Shown here: positions 13,640 through 26,889 of the stretch, piece after piece | How the letters are laid out: each line of letters opens with the position of its first letter | How positions within the stretch are numbered: the first letter of the stretch is position 1 | Assembly: GCA_030390025.1 (NCBI GenBank) | Contig: CM059432.1 | Location: 105,278,001-105,342,000, forward strand | Direction of reading: 5' to 3' | DNA length: 64,000 nt | DNA from: Squalus acanthias | Taxonomy: Eukaryota | The notes under the pieces: generated by a model | The model's database searches: none | Told to the model about the DNA's origin: nothing | Seen by the model: the letters and a program-made list of their open reading frames with translations, nothing else | Translations under genes and position numbers: made by a program

Positions 13640-15344
13640 GTGAAAAGAATTTTACATTGATTGGGCTTGTTAAGCCCACCCATCGAGTTTCCCAGCCAAT
13701 TGAAGGAAGCGGATTGGATGACGCATCATCAGCCATCAGCCGGTTTCCTTAAAAGGGACCATGAGCAAATTGTTTTTGACAGTTCTCCTGTCAGTGTTCT
13801 GCAGCATTCAGGTGCTGGAAACACTGACAAGCACTGCAGTGAGATGCACAGCTGCACCCAGGCTCTCCCATGACTCCCTCCATATGCTTATGGAGGGAGT
13901 CACAGCACACAGGGAGGTCCTCTTCCCTTCCCATGGGCAGAAGAGACCTCCCCAGGAGACCAACGCAGCCTGGTTGCACATTGCACAGGAGGGCACAAGC
14001 AGAGAGGTCACCAGGAGGACCAGGTTACAGTGGCACAAACCTTTCAATAGTCTCAGTGGATCACGAAACGTTACTGCAAAGCCACACTCAACCTCATCCT
14101 GCTGTGCCACTCATTACATCCCCATCACTCTGCCTTCCCTACCCTACTCCTGCGCATCTTTACTCACGCCAACTTACCTTGCACCTCCACCCATCCCTCG
14201 ATCTACATTTTCACAACCCCATCTCACGAGCCACCCCTCACCCTAGTCCAACCATACATACAAGGGTCGGCATTTGGGTGTTTTATGCAATGTTCATGTA
14301 AAGTTTCTGTTAATGTGCTGTCAAACCATTGAAACTTTTATTTTCAACACTTTGCGCTCTTGGACATCTTTGTGTGCACCTTTGGAAGTGGCTTAGTAAG
14401 TTGCAGTGAATGGTGAGACATAACGGTACCCGCCGCAATGGTGAGGAGTGAGAGAGTAATGGCTTGGGTACTGTAGGGATGCTTTATGGTGTTGGTGTGG
14501 GGTGGTGCCAACCTGGCACATCTTGTGGCAGCCAGTGTACAACGTCAAGTGAAGTAAATGTGGCCATGGTGAGGCCATCCCTGGTGTCCCGGGCAGCAAT
14601 GTGGTTGGGTGCTGATGCCCTCTGTCCTGTGCAGCATCAATTGACTGCGGAGAAAGTTGGTGCTGTTGTTGGTGCTACTGGTGTGCCTGGTGCTGCTGGT
14701 GTTGGGGCTGATCATGGTGAGATTCTGAGGACGAAGGTGAGATTTTTTCAAGGGCACCGATGCTGATGGAATAGATGGCAGGTGAGGTTGAGATGACAGA
14801 AGCGATGTCAATGGTGAGAGAGGTTGTTCCAATGAAGTGACACTGGATAGAGAGTTAGCTCTAAACACTTGCAAGCTGCATAACGCTCAATATGTCTTCC
14901 AAATGCAGTAAGTAGCAGCTACTAACCTTGCAAATTGAAGACCTATGAAATGGGAGCTTTTATACACCATTTGCAGCTGTCAAATAAAGAAATCATCACA
15001 TGCTGACACAACACCCGACCTCCTTACCTGATGTGATCCCCGAGCAGCGAGTAACTCGTGCGGGAACACGTAAAATTGAAAGGTAGGCATAAAGTACTAT
15101 TTAATTGGCTCTTAAAAATGTATCTAATAATGTCAATTGCCTCCCCCTCCGCTTGGTGTTGGGTCTGTTCTGCGATGACAGACCCGACATCTGGAAAATT
15201 AACGTGGAGGCAGGTTGACAGCGGGTTCCCTACCCACAGTCAAAACCCCCCCCACCCCACACATTTCCCCAGCCGACCCACCTCCAAACACATTCCTGAC
15301 CCCCCACCCCCACCCCCACCCCCACCCCCCGAAAAATTCCAGCC
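13640..15344 (+). mobile_element. Degenerate Harbinger deletion derivative with Myb/SANT exon remnant
   Basis: EGVTAHREVLFPSHGQKRPPQETNAAWLHIAQEGTSREVTRRTRLQWHKPF aligns with the Myb/SANT exon at 55650-55889. Right end AAAAATTCCAGCC is TIR-like; left end not resolved. Confidence 0.65.
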
Positions 15345-15409
15345 AAAATGTTTTTTCTAAGGCAGAACAAATATAAACTTAAAAATCTTTTTAATCTCCA
15401 TTTTTTAAA

Positions 15410-16745
15410 TTAAGAGGGAAAATAGCAGAAAATAAAAAAGGCTTTCTGCAGGCTTGTTACTAGTAAGAAAATAGTCAAGGTAGGAGGAGTATGGCTGCTA
15501 AGCGATGAAGGAGGCAATTTTATAGTGGAGAATGAATGAATGGCAGAGGAACAAAATAAATACTTAATCTCAGTTTTCACTGTTTTCAGTGCATATTGAA
15601 ATTGTACAGTACCAGAGGTGTAGTAAAGGTTATTATTCTGATAGATGGCACAAAAGAAGTTACTCTAAGATACACAATCATTGGGAGCTGGTGGTTTACA
15701 TCCAAGGATCCTGAGGGAAGCCAAGGAAGAAACTATGGCAGCTCAGATTATAATTTCCAAAATTATGTGGAAAGGAAAATTGAGCCATAGGATTGGAGGG
15801 TGACAAACCAGATTCCCTTCTTTAAAAAAATGCCAGGAAATTGTACATCAGTTGGTTTAAACTACTGGAGTCCATAATATGGATTGAAATTACTAACCGC
15901 TTAAAAAAAAACACAAGCTAACCAGGGCGAGTCAGCGTGGATTTCTAAAATTCAGATTGTGCTCGTTAAGCTTATAGAATGGTTTGAAACATACAAGGTT
16001 CTGAGGGGGATTGACAGGGTAGATGCTGAGAGGTTGTTTCCCCTGGCTGGAGTGTCTAGAACTAGGGGGCATAGTCTCAGGATAAGGGGTAGGCCATTTA
16101 AGACCTAGATGAGGAAGAATTTCTTCACTCAGAGGGTTGTGAATTTTTGGAATTCTCTGCCCCAGAGGGCTGTGGAGGCTGAGTCGTTGAGTATATTCAA
16201 GGCTGAGATAGATAGATTTTTGGACTCTAGGGGAATCAAGGGATATGGAGATCGGGTGGGAAAGTGGAGTTGAGGTCGATGATCAGCCATGATCTTATTG
16301 AATGGCGGAGCAGGCTCGAGGGGCCGTATGGCCTACTCCTGCTCTTACTTCTTATGTTATGTATCTTGATGCGCAAATCATAAAAAGAGGCTACAACTAG
16401 AGTATTATGTACAATTTTGGGCATCCTATAAAGGAAGGACATTAAAACAATGGAAAGGTGAAGGAAAGCTTCACTAGGAGGTTATCAGGAGTTACAGTTA
16501 TGAAGACAGATGTGAAAAGTTAGGGATATTTCCACTACAACTGAGCTTCCATATGTCTACAAAATTTCACAAAATAATTAAAGGGGAGGTTAGAACCTTC
16601 CCCCCCACATAGAGGGTGTTAAAACATCATTGAAATAGAGCCCATGAATTCTTTTAAAAAGGGAATTAAAGTATTTGATTGAAAAAGGAAGAATTGTACG
16701 AGGAGCAAGCAGGAGTGGGATCAGACTAGGTGGGAGAATAGAGCC
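15410..16745 (+). mobile_element. Old CR1 fragments with a younger CR1/HER1 3' end (about 15985-16365) between them
   Basis: The young part matches 50320-50846 including the TTCTTATG tail; flanks are degraded CR1 ORF2. Confidence 0.75.
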
Positions 16746-17929
16746 CATCTGTCACTGCAAGCTAGAAGTGCTAATCAGTACCACATTTAGACAATGTTGT
16801 GACTCACAAACAGCAATTCCAAGGATTCAATGTGACGATCTGCTCATTAATGGTCTCAAACTAGAAGCACCGTTTTTGGTAAATAATTAAAACAGTTCAT
16901 CTTGGCTCATTTGTGAATCAATGCCTTGATGTTCAATTCTAGACAAAGAGGAAAAAAGGTTGGGGGAGGGGATAAAAGGGAGGGAAAGCAAGGGCAAACT
17001 GATTTTATCCAATAACCCTTCATCCCTAATCACTCTAATGAAAAGAAAAACACATGTTTCACAGCATAAAAATATACATTTTGTGGCATTCCAAACACGT
17101 GTGTGTGAATTGCATGAAAGCCAACATGGAAAAACTACTACAACATTATTACACATCAGAATTTTAAAATAATTTTTGTGGGGCCCAGGTGTTTGAGTGG
17201 GGTTAGAACAGCATTTTCATTTTGGGGACCCAAGTTAAAATTTTGTGCAAAATGATAAAAAGACTCGGGTACAAATTGTTATCTGGAAGGAATTTGGGCA
17301 GTCTCACTAGTTCCCAGTGCATGCAGGTTGACTACAACAATCAAAAATTAAGCACAAGCCTAGCAGTCACATATATAATTCATAGAATTAGCTGCTGTGG
17401 GTAGTAAAAAAAAGTTTTTAAAAAACCACAGGAGTACAACAAGATGCTCTTCCAACAATGAGGCCAATTTTGACAGAGGTGAATGAACTTAAGGCAAAAA
17501 CTTCTCAATTCATCTTGCTGAGCATGAAGTGTTGCCACAAATAGCACAAGGGAAACAAATAGAAAATATGTCTAGTCATCCCACAAGCCAAATATAAATC
17601 TCCAGGTACAATTAATTTCTTACCTGGGCACAGAAAAAACCCATTATGGGTGAAATTCATTTTTCACTGCAAAAAAGGGAAGAATGACGGTTTTTCTTTC
17701 CGTAATGAATAACTGACAAAATTATAGGAATGTATGGCTTCAAAGCAAGCAGTTTCTGAGAATGACAGGTCATTAGCAGGTCAGCAATGAAAGAGAAAAA
17801 CAGGCATTATTTTAAACTGATGGTCAATGGGAATTTCACACCTAGATACAGCACAAACACCGCAAAATAAACCTCAGGTTGACTATTTCAGAGAATCATT
17901 ACAAATAAATAATAATTGTGAAGCTTTTA

Positions 17930-18397
<468 letters not shown>

Positions 18398-21300
18398 TTA
18401 CAACCCAATTTGTTATACTATTTTTGCGTGCCTCCAAAATTTGCATAACGTGTGGCTTCCACCCACATCTGATCATTTCTTTGAACAATCAAATTGGAGA
18501 GTCAATACAACAAACCTACTGAAACAGGATTGTAATGGCTGGCAAAATAAAAGAGACCCATAGAAACAGATTATTACATACTGCACTAAAAATATAAATC
18601 TCTCAAAAAGCCAGTAATAGATACAGCAACATATGCAACTGAATAAATAAACCATGTGCTCAGGTCATTCATAAGCTCCTCAACCAATATCCCACTGTAC
18701 AGGACCAATGTCCGGTGGTGACTGCTTTACCCCCTCCAATGATTACCTACTCCGTTATTGCGAATTTGTGTACATATAGTCCTAGTTAGGGACTGAGACA
18801 CACAGAGCGAAGTGGCTCACACATGTAGCAAACAGTGCTCGAGAACTAGATAAAGCAAGCTCTTATCTAATGCTGGCATGTCAGTAATGTCTCCTTGTAT
18901 CGCTACTTGTATCATCTATACATTCCTTTTGCCAAGCGTCTGGGAAATTAATACAAAACATTGCAATATGAAGCAATTCATTGTTCAAGTAATTTAATTG
19001 TTTTTGGACCAATATGACATAACACAGTGCTCAATATAATGCTATTTATCCTTGGATCCCAAGGATATTGTGATATCAGACAGTAGCTGTACCCGGATTA
19101 CTTACTGCCTCAGGCACCTCCTGAAATAAAAACCACCATGAAGTGTCCTTTCATGATTTGCACACATCTGTCTGGTCTGTTTCAGAACCACTTGCCGTGA
19201 TTAGTACTAAAAATGTTACTGTACGTGGGGCGCTCTCAATATCTGCTTAAGATCCAGTTTGAAGGATGTAAAAAAGGTTAAAGATTACAAACTCTATCGA
19301 TACAACAAATTCTACAATGCTTGGGTTATGGGATCGTCACCCGTGAAAGATGAATTGTTGGAGTTGAACAATGTCTCTTGTAATGTTAGTTATCCTAGAT
19401 TTTTGACATTACCCTCAGGAGGTCAGGGTCAATTTTCAAACAGATTTTATAAAAATAGCTAAAATGGTGAGACAAAAATGTACATGATCTGCAGAAAGAA
19501 CAAGTTTAATTGGCTAATAGGCTTTTCTCTTTCCATACATTTCCCCCCCCCCCCTCATTCATGTGTTGGGCTAATCCAGAGATTTGTGGAGGGTGACAAT
19601 GGAGAAATTTATTTTTTGAAAGCATGGACGATATCAGAAAATGTCATGGACTCCAATCTTGGTCTCAAAATTATACAATCCAATATTAGTAACATTAATT
19701 TGGCATTATATTTTCAAACTCCTCCCAAAGATTTTGCTTTCACTACTTCTCTCACCAATGAGAGTTACTGTTCAAGTTATTTTCTCAGATTGTAAAAAGT
19801 AGAATATCCTGAATTTTTGAAAACAGGATTTTGAGGCCATTGTCTTGCAATAAACACAGATTCTACACCAAAATCATTCTGCATTTTATGCAACAGAGAA
19901 TATACTTCACAATGAAACAAAAGTAGAAAAATATATTGTAGCTCGGTCAGCATTCATAGAGATAAAAAATGATAGTAACGCTCAAGGTGTAGATTCTGTC
20001 AGATTTTAGAGTCTACATCCAAAACATTACCTATCTTTTAACTCTTCATGGATGCATTGGACCTGCTGTGATAATTCCAGCATCTTCAATTTTTATTTCA
20101 GATTTCCAGCATTTGTTCAGCTGGTTAAGGCAGTGAGGAATTGAGCCCACAGAACAGATTCAATCTCTGTTCTGTGCTGAGCCAATGATCTCAGCTACAG
20201 CAGTGCTGGGGATATTACAATTGGCCTCAAGGACAAAAAATTAGAAAAATACAAATCAGTGTTCCTGCTCCTGATTACCATCTCCCAGCTTCTGCTGGAA
20301 GTGCACTTGTCTTGATGTCAGATAAAGGAAACATCAGGCTCTAAAGACCATTCAACTGCTTGGGCATTACAGATGCTGACCTCTGAAGAATGGCCATTTG
20401 GGTGAGGTACTGATGAGTATCCAGCAAGGAATCACTGCTGCAGGAGAGGTGGAGAGCACAGAAGATTGGTGGAGAAAAAGTAATACAACGGGAAGATAAT
20501 TTTATATTTTGCTTAAGACAAAAAAGATAAATCAGACAAAATTATTTTCACAGCCACTTGTTATACTTGGCCATGCTGAAGAGTGTTAGATTGCCATCTA
20601 ATGGAAGGGTTTGGAAAATATAATTCTGGCAACTATTATCAAACAGGTCCTACAATAAGTGTCATCATCATAGTGCTGAATGTGTCCACATTATTAAAAT
20701 GTACATGATCAGAAGTAGAGTTATACTTAAAACCCCTGAACGAACATAAAACTACCACTGTAGCTGCGATCATTATTCAAGTATCACCCTTATATCTAAA
20801 GTTAGATGGCCATGTGCCAATGTTGCCTGCCATGTATTATTGTTATTTGATTGGCATTCCTGTCTTATTTTTCGGTCTGCCATTTCTTTCAGCATGATCA
20901 TCTTACGTAGATGGTCTCTTTCCAAGCTGGATGCCTAATACAGTATTTAATCATGTCCAATATTTCTAAATTATTCAACTTTCCTATATCTTTATGACCT
21001 TCCTTGCTCATTTATAAATATATGTAAGTACTTTGCAGCAAGATCAGCTTGCATCAAGGTGGTGTACACCAGAGTGCAAAACTTTCAGCTTGGTACAATT
21101 TTTGTGGTTGTCATCATGGTAACTAATTTTGTAGAAAAACCAAACCAAAACAGTGTTATTTGTATTTTTACTGAGGACAAGAGTAAAAGGTTAGTTCTAT
21201 TATAACAAACCACATTGATCTGCAAATTTACATTCCACTGGATTTGCCTTTCTAGATTGTGCAGTTGATTTAAGCTCACACAAAAATTTAACATATTTCT

Positions 21301-23195
21301 GAACATGATTGTATTTTTTACTTGCTTCCTTGAGCATGCTTAAATAGTTCACTACTGAAAAGCAATATGTAAAATAAATGCAATTTGCATGAAAGGAGGG
21401 TTGCAGAAGACTAGATAGTGCTGCGGATTAGCAACTGTCCTTTAACCAGAAGATTTGTCTGCAATGGCTGGAAGGGCTCCACGCAAGAAGAGTTTGAGAA
21501 GTCTCCATCCAATTACTACAAAAACAGAATTACCCACAATTCCAATACCAACTAGCAATCTTGTTAAGATGGACAGCAAGGATGACTTGTGCGCTTGAGG
21601 GAATTGAAAAAAAACTAGTGCAGCAGAGGTTCTCTTCTGAAATCGGGATTACGGCACATTTTTAGGGCGGTCAAACCTTGCTACCTCTGATGTGGGATTA
21701 GCATTGAGTGCCTAAATTTCAATCCTTCACCTGGATGACCACACAGAAAATACAAACAGAAAAATCATGCATGCAGGTTTTATTGCTGACAGCTCTTTGG
21801 TTTGCCTAAACAATTCACAGCACTTCACATTGTGTGAAGCCATTTAAAAATTCTTTAGACGTACAGGGCGCCATCACTTATTTATTCGCTACCAGGTTAA
21901 GGTGAATAGGTACAGAACTCCATTATACTTTAAGCAAAAGTATTGGAGGAAGTTTGTGTTAACAGCTGGACAATTATCAATTAGCAGAGCCTAAGAACTG
22001 AAATACATACCTATTCTATACCCTGGGTTCAACAGTCTAGATCCAAGAATTAACCCAAATTGGAGTAGCTTGCTTACTGGAGAACATGTAGGACATTCAC
22101 CAGGTTCTGCTGCTAGCTCGGGTTGGCAGAATATATTAACCCTCCACCTAAAAAGCTAAAACTACTGTCCAGCACAAGATACAACACAGTAGTTAAACTT
22201 GGATCATATACAAACTGATTGGACTTATTTTAAATGATCAACACAAACATCTTCTATCAAAAAATTCTTTGAAAAAAGTCTCTGGTGGTATATACGCAAA
22301 CTTCTTCCTTACTGTGTTTGATCCACCCCTTCCTGTGGTGGATGCACAGTGAATAGAAAAATGAACATTAGAATATTTGATATTTCTTTCCTTTTGAAGT
22401 TCAAATAGTTCCTTAGTGGTTGATATTTTAATTCAGAACATTATAATTTGGCCCCACATATGTATATTGGTGGTAATTTTAAGGCATCAAAAAAGTGCAG
22501 TTACATTTATACATTCTGTTTTCTAAAAAAAAAGTTTGTAAATTGAATTTGAGACCTTATAGGGAAGTTGGGCTTTTAGAGCTCTTAATTTTAGTTCATT
22601 TATACCCTTTAGTTGACAATCCACTGTGCCATACTTGGCAAATGCGTTCAAGTCATAATCTAATACAAACTATAATTAGGTTATCAACCCTCCTTTCTTC
22701 AGTGTTCATTAAAACTGATTTGTACTGGCTGTGTATATTATTAGGTGGCACAAACTAATTATAGCAAGATAGCTCCTCTTCTCAAATGGTACAAATAATT
22801 GTTCAGATAAATCAAAAAAAGGTGCCAATGCAACATTGTTACATTAATAGAATGAGCAGAAAATAGATTGTATGGAAGCACCACAGGCTTCTAGCAGAGG
22901 CTTTTCTAATGTGAATTGTCATATGCCTACAGGTCAATATTTTCAAGTACGTTGACTTCTTAAAAAGTTTTGTTCAGTTAGAACTATTTGGTAGGAGTGT
23001 GTATATGATGAGTTTTCCAGAGCTCTATAAATTCACTATCCTCCCAGACAGCTCTAGTAGAGGCAATAGAAATTTAAAGTAGGAATCCACCAACTACTTC
23101 ACTTATCTATAAAAGATCTACACAATCTCCCTTCATTTTAATTGTTGAGTTCTGTGACATGGTGATTGCTTTGCCTGATAAAACTAGTAGGTTGC

Positions 23196-23733
23196 TGAAG
23201 GGGAGTGAAGGGGTTAATTTGAACTCACGTTAAATTAAAATAAATAATTTCTCGTTTCTGTATGAAATAGAATAAGAACCCAGGTGGGGAGATAAGCATG
23301 GTTGAGAGTTGGGAACTTAGCAACATCCAAGGCCAAAATACAATATACAACTGTGAGAACCAGACAGGGGCCCCTTGCTCAGGCAGCATATATACGTCAT
23401 TGAATTGCTTTTAGTTTGTAGCTGACAAAGATAAGAAATATAACGAATTAATGATTTAGTTTGAATTGACATAATTGTTTAGTAAGACAAGAAATATAAC
23501 GAATTAATTGTTTAGTTTGAATTGACATAATTGTAATCATGTGATATTTTGTAACTATGTGATTGGACAATTCTTCAATAAAAGGTTGTAATTGACAACG
23601 GGAAGTTGAGAAGCTGTAGTCACCAGGCCGGGTAAGGTCTGTGACGCTTCTCCCAGAGATCTCTGAATATTAAATAAACTGTTTTGCTTTTACCTATCAA
23701 CACAGACTGGAGTGAAATAATTTCTCCCTAACA
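23196..23733 (+). mobile_element. Solo LTR (LTR retrotransposon or ERV)
   Basis: TG...CA ends with imperfect inverted termini (TGAAGGGGAG / CTCCCTAACA), perfect 5-bp TSD GTTGC (23191-23195, 23734-23738), AATAAA motifs near 23577 and 23674. Confidence 0.75.
23431..23535. repeat. Tandem duplication, 56-bp period, inside the solo LTR
   Basis: GA(T/C)AAGAAATATAACGAATTAAT..TTTAGTTTGAATTGACATAATTGT occurs twice. Confidence 0.9.
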
Positions 23734-25052
23734 GTTGCTAACTCAGACTCTCATTTCATAGCATCAGTAATAAAGTTTGAGATTGAACACAGCCTGTTCG
23801 CCATCTACAGGAATTGGTCTTTTTCTAAAAAAATTACTATCCTGCGCATGTTTATAAAACCAGATCAATTTAGGTTCTTTTTCTTGCAATACAAATATTA
23901 CCTGCTGTATGGTCTCCCTCATTCCAAAGATGTGATTCAACCATACAAAGATTGTACACTCCGGTCCCCAAAATCTCCTATAAAACTGGGTGCAGTCTGG
24001 AACTTTTATTTCCAAAAAAATGTAATACGTTGATGTGTCAAGTTACTGCTCATGGGCAAAAAAAAAGATTAATATTGAAGAGTGCAACTTGCAACAAACT
24101 TTGTATATGGGTGTAGAAAAGATCACCTAATGCAAGCAGTAAAGGGAACAGTGCCCCAGTGTTGCCCCCACACCAGCTATTTCCCATTTTTGCAAAAAAT
24201 TAACAAAGGGAAAGAATTGCACCACCTCAAATATTAATTGCATTACATACCTAGCATCACCTTACCCAATTCATCCCTCTCATTTCTAGCCATTTCAATA
24301 AAATTAGAATCTATAAATCAGCAAATGGCTGTAAAGTCTCCATGTGGAAGTATTGGAAGCAATTCAAGAGGGAGAGATTGTGGGTGCAACCGTGGTGTGA
24401 TCAAAATTCCAATGCAGCCCCTGCTGAAAGGGGACCTACCAATTCAGTGTTAAAGATGCTGATTAACCAACTATCATCAGCATTTAGGTTGGTATTAGAA
24501 AATTCATTTTACTATTCGAGTAGGGAGATTTGAAAAAAGTATCCAGTGGGTTATGGCTTCCTAGATGGCTAAGTATTTCTGGAGCCTGGCACATCAATAA
24601 TGCCACATCAGGTAGCTGAGGAAAGGGTATCAAGGGATATAGACCAAAGGTGGGTAAATGGACTTGAGGTACAGATCAGTCATGATCTAACTGAATGGCA
24701 GAATAAGCTGGAGGGGTTGAACAACCTATTCCTGTTGATGTTCCCTGCTAGGGATAATTTGAATGAGAATGCATTTTCAGTCCTGTTACATTTATATGCT
24801 GGGTGTAGGTCGGTGCTCAATTACCACATTTGCTGCATTGAGATCCAGTACTGACTAGGGAGTGTTTGAGTTAAGGCAAGTGTCTAGGCTCCATGCGGTT
24901 TTCCTGACTCTGAAGGTTCAGAAAAGGTTTCATCTGCTTCAGTTAAGAGTTTTGAATTTTCTGTGATGACTTGGTTTGTGTGAAGCATGTACTCCATCTG
25001 CTGCTCCATTCTGGCATAACAGTTGTCAAATAGAGCTGATTGACACCTCATA

Positions 25053-26190
25053 CAAAAGCAAAGTACTGCGGATGCTGGAAATCTGAAATAAAAACAGAAA
25101 ATGCTGGAAATACTCAGCAGGTCAGGCAGCATCTAGAGAGAGAAACAGAGTTAACGTTTCAGGTCGATGACCCTTTGTCAGAACTGGAAAAAGCTGGAGA
25201 TGTAACAGGTTTTAAGCAAGTGTTGGGGCAGGGAAAGGGAAGGAAAGAACAAAAAAGGGAAGGTCTGTGATAGGATGGAAGGCAGGAGAGATTAAGAGAC
25301 ATTAAGAGAGCTTAAGAGATGGTGCAAGGCAAAAGGAGATGGTAATGGAACAAGTTAAGAAACAAAAGATGGCTCTAGATGAAGTGTAAATGGCACTGGC
25401 GGAATGAAAGACAGCTGCCATGTGGGAGAGAGAAAAAAGTAAAAGATAAAATGGAAAACAAATAGGGGCAGAGGTTATGGTCTGTAATTGTTGAACTCTA
25501 TGTTGAGTCCAGAAGGCTGTAAAGTGCCTAATCGAGCTTACATTGAGCTTCATTGGGACAGTGTAAGAGGCCGAGGACTGAGAGGTCCGAGTGGGAGTGG
25601 AGCGGAGAATTAAAGTGCCAGGCGATCGGAAGCTCGGGGTCACCCTTATGGACTGAACGGAGGTGTTCCGCAAAGCGGTCACCCAATCTGCGTTTGATCT
25701 CCCCAATGTAAAGAGACCACATCGTGAGCAGCGAATACAGTATACTAAATTGCAAGTAGTACAAGTAAATCGCTGTTTCACCTGGAAGGAGTGTTTGGGG
25801 CCCTGGACAGTGGGAAGGGTGGAGGTAAAAGGGCATGTGTTGCATCTCCTGCCCTTGCACGGGAAGGTGCCGGGCAAAGGGGAAGGGGTAGGGGTATTGG
25901 GGGTGATAGAGGAGTGGACCAGGGTGTCGTGGAGGGAGCAGTCCCTTCGGAATGCTGAAAAGGGGAGGTGAGGGGAAGATGTGTTTGGTGGTGGGATCAT
26001 GCTGGAGGATGATCCGTTGAAGGTGGAGGCTGGTGGGGTGAAAGGGGAGGACAAGGGGAACCCTATCATGGTTCCGGGAGGGAGGGGAAGGGGTGAGGGC
26101 AGAAGTGTGGGAAATAGAACGGACACAGTCAAGGGCCGTGTCAACCACAGTAGAGGGGAATCCTCGGTTGAGGAAAAAGGAAGACATGTC
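25053..26190 (-). mobile_element. Penelope-like element 3' fragment (family B; GIY-YIG endonuclease plus 3' UTR)
   Basis: C-x2-C..VYCIRCSRCGL..YIGEIKRRLGDRFAEHLRSV; frameshifted; 3' UTR contains a hammerhead-like motif. Confidence 0.88.
25149..25185 (-). ncRNA. Degenerate minimal hammerhead ribozyme motif
   Basis: Minus strand reads AGTT-CTGACAA-AGGGTC-ATC-GACCT-GAAA-CGTT-AACT. Stems I and II can pair, but the core CUGANGA is mutated to CUGACAA. Confidence 0.6.
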
Positions 26191-26889
26191 GGAAATATGA
26201 TTGTCACCTCACTTGTTTCACTGCAGGCCTATGTACAAGGGAGGTGTCTACTGAAAAGGCAATACCGTTTACCTTGGCCAGATCTTAACCAGAATTGCAC
26301 AAAACATATGGAAAGGTTGTAGGTTTCAGACGCCATGCTGGATAAGGTGCAATGGCTCTGCACACCTCAGCCGAGTTCACGATGTTCCTATGATATATAT
26401 TAGGGTAGAATTTCCACTGGGGTTCTCCTAATCGCCCACTGTAACTTTGGAAGATCAGCAGAAATTCCAGAGAAATGGTGTAAAATGGCTATTTACAGTG
26501 TTTGGTCAGGGTTTCCACCGTTCTTCCAGAGATCAGGAAAACCCTCATGAAAATGATCCCATGGCTCCTCCAGGTTCTCAGGATGCTACTGAAAGGACAT
26601 CTCTGATGTGGTTGGGGTCCTCCTTCTGCTCTCTACTGATGTTACACGGTTTGCTGCTAGCTGTAGCTGTCACATGGAGATCAGCTTAGTTTCTCAATGT
26701 TGTAGGGGATCACAGGACTGGTGTTCCTGCATCCTAATAGCTTTCCTGGGCTCCAGCCAGCTCCCCATCTGATTTAGATTTACTTTGCTAGCCATGGGAG
26801 ATGCATTGAGGAAGAAAGGCACTTGTCTCAATGTGGAGCAAGAAACAAACATTCTTGCTGCCGAAGTCAGAGAGGTGATGATGGGAATA

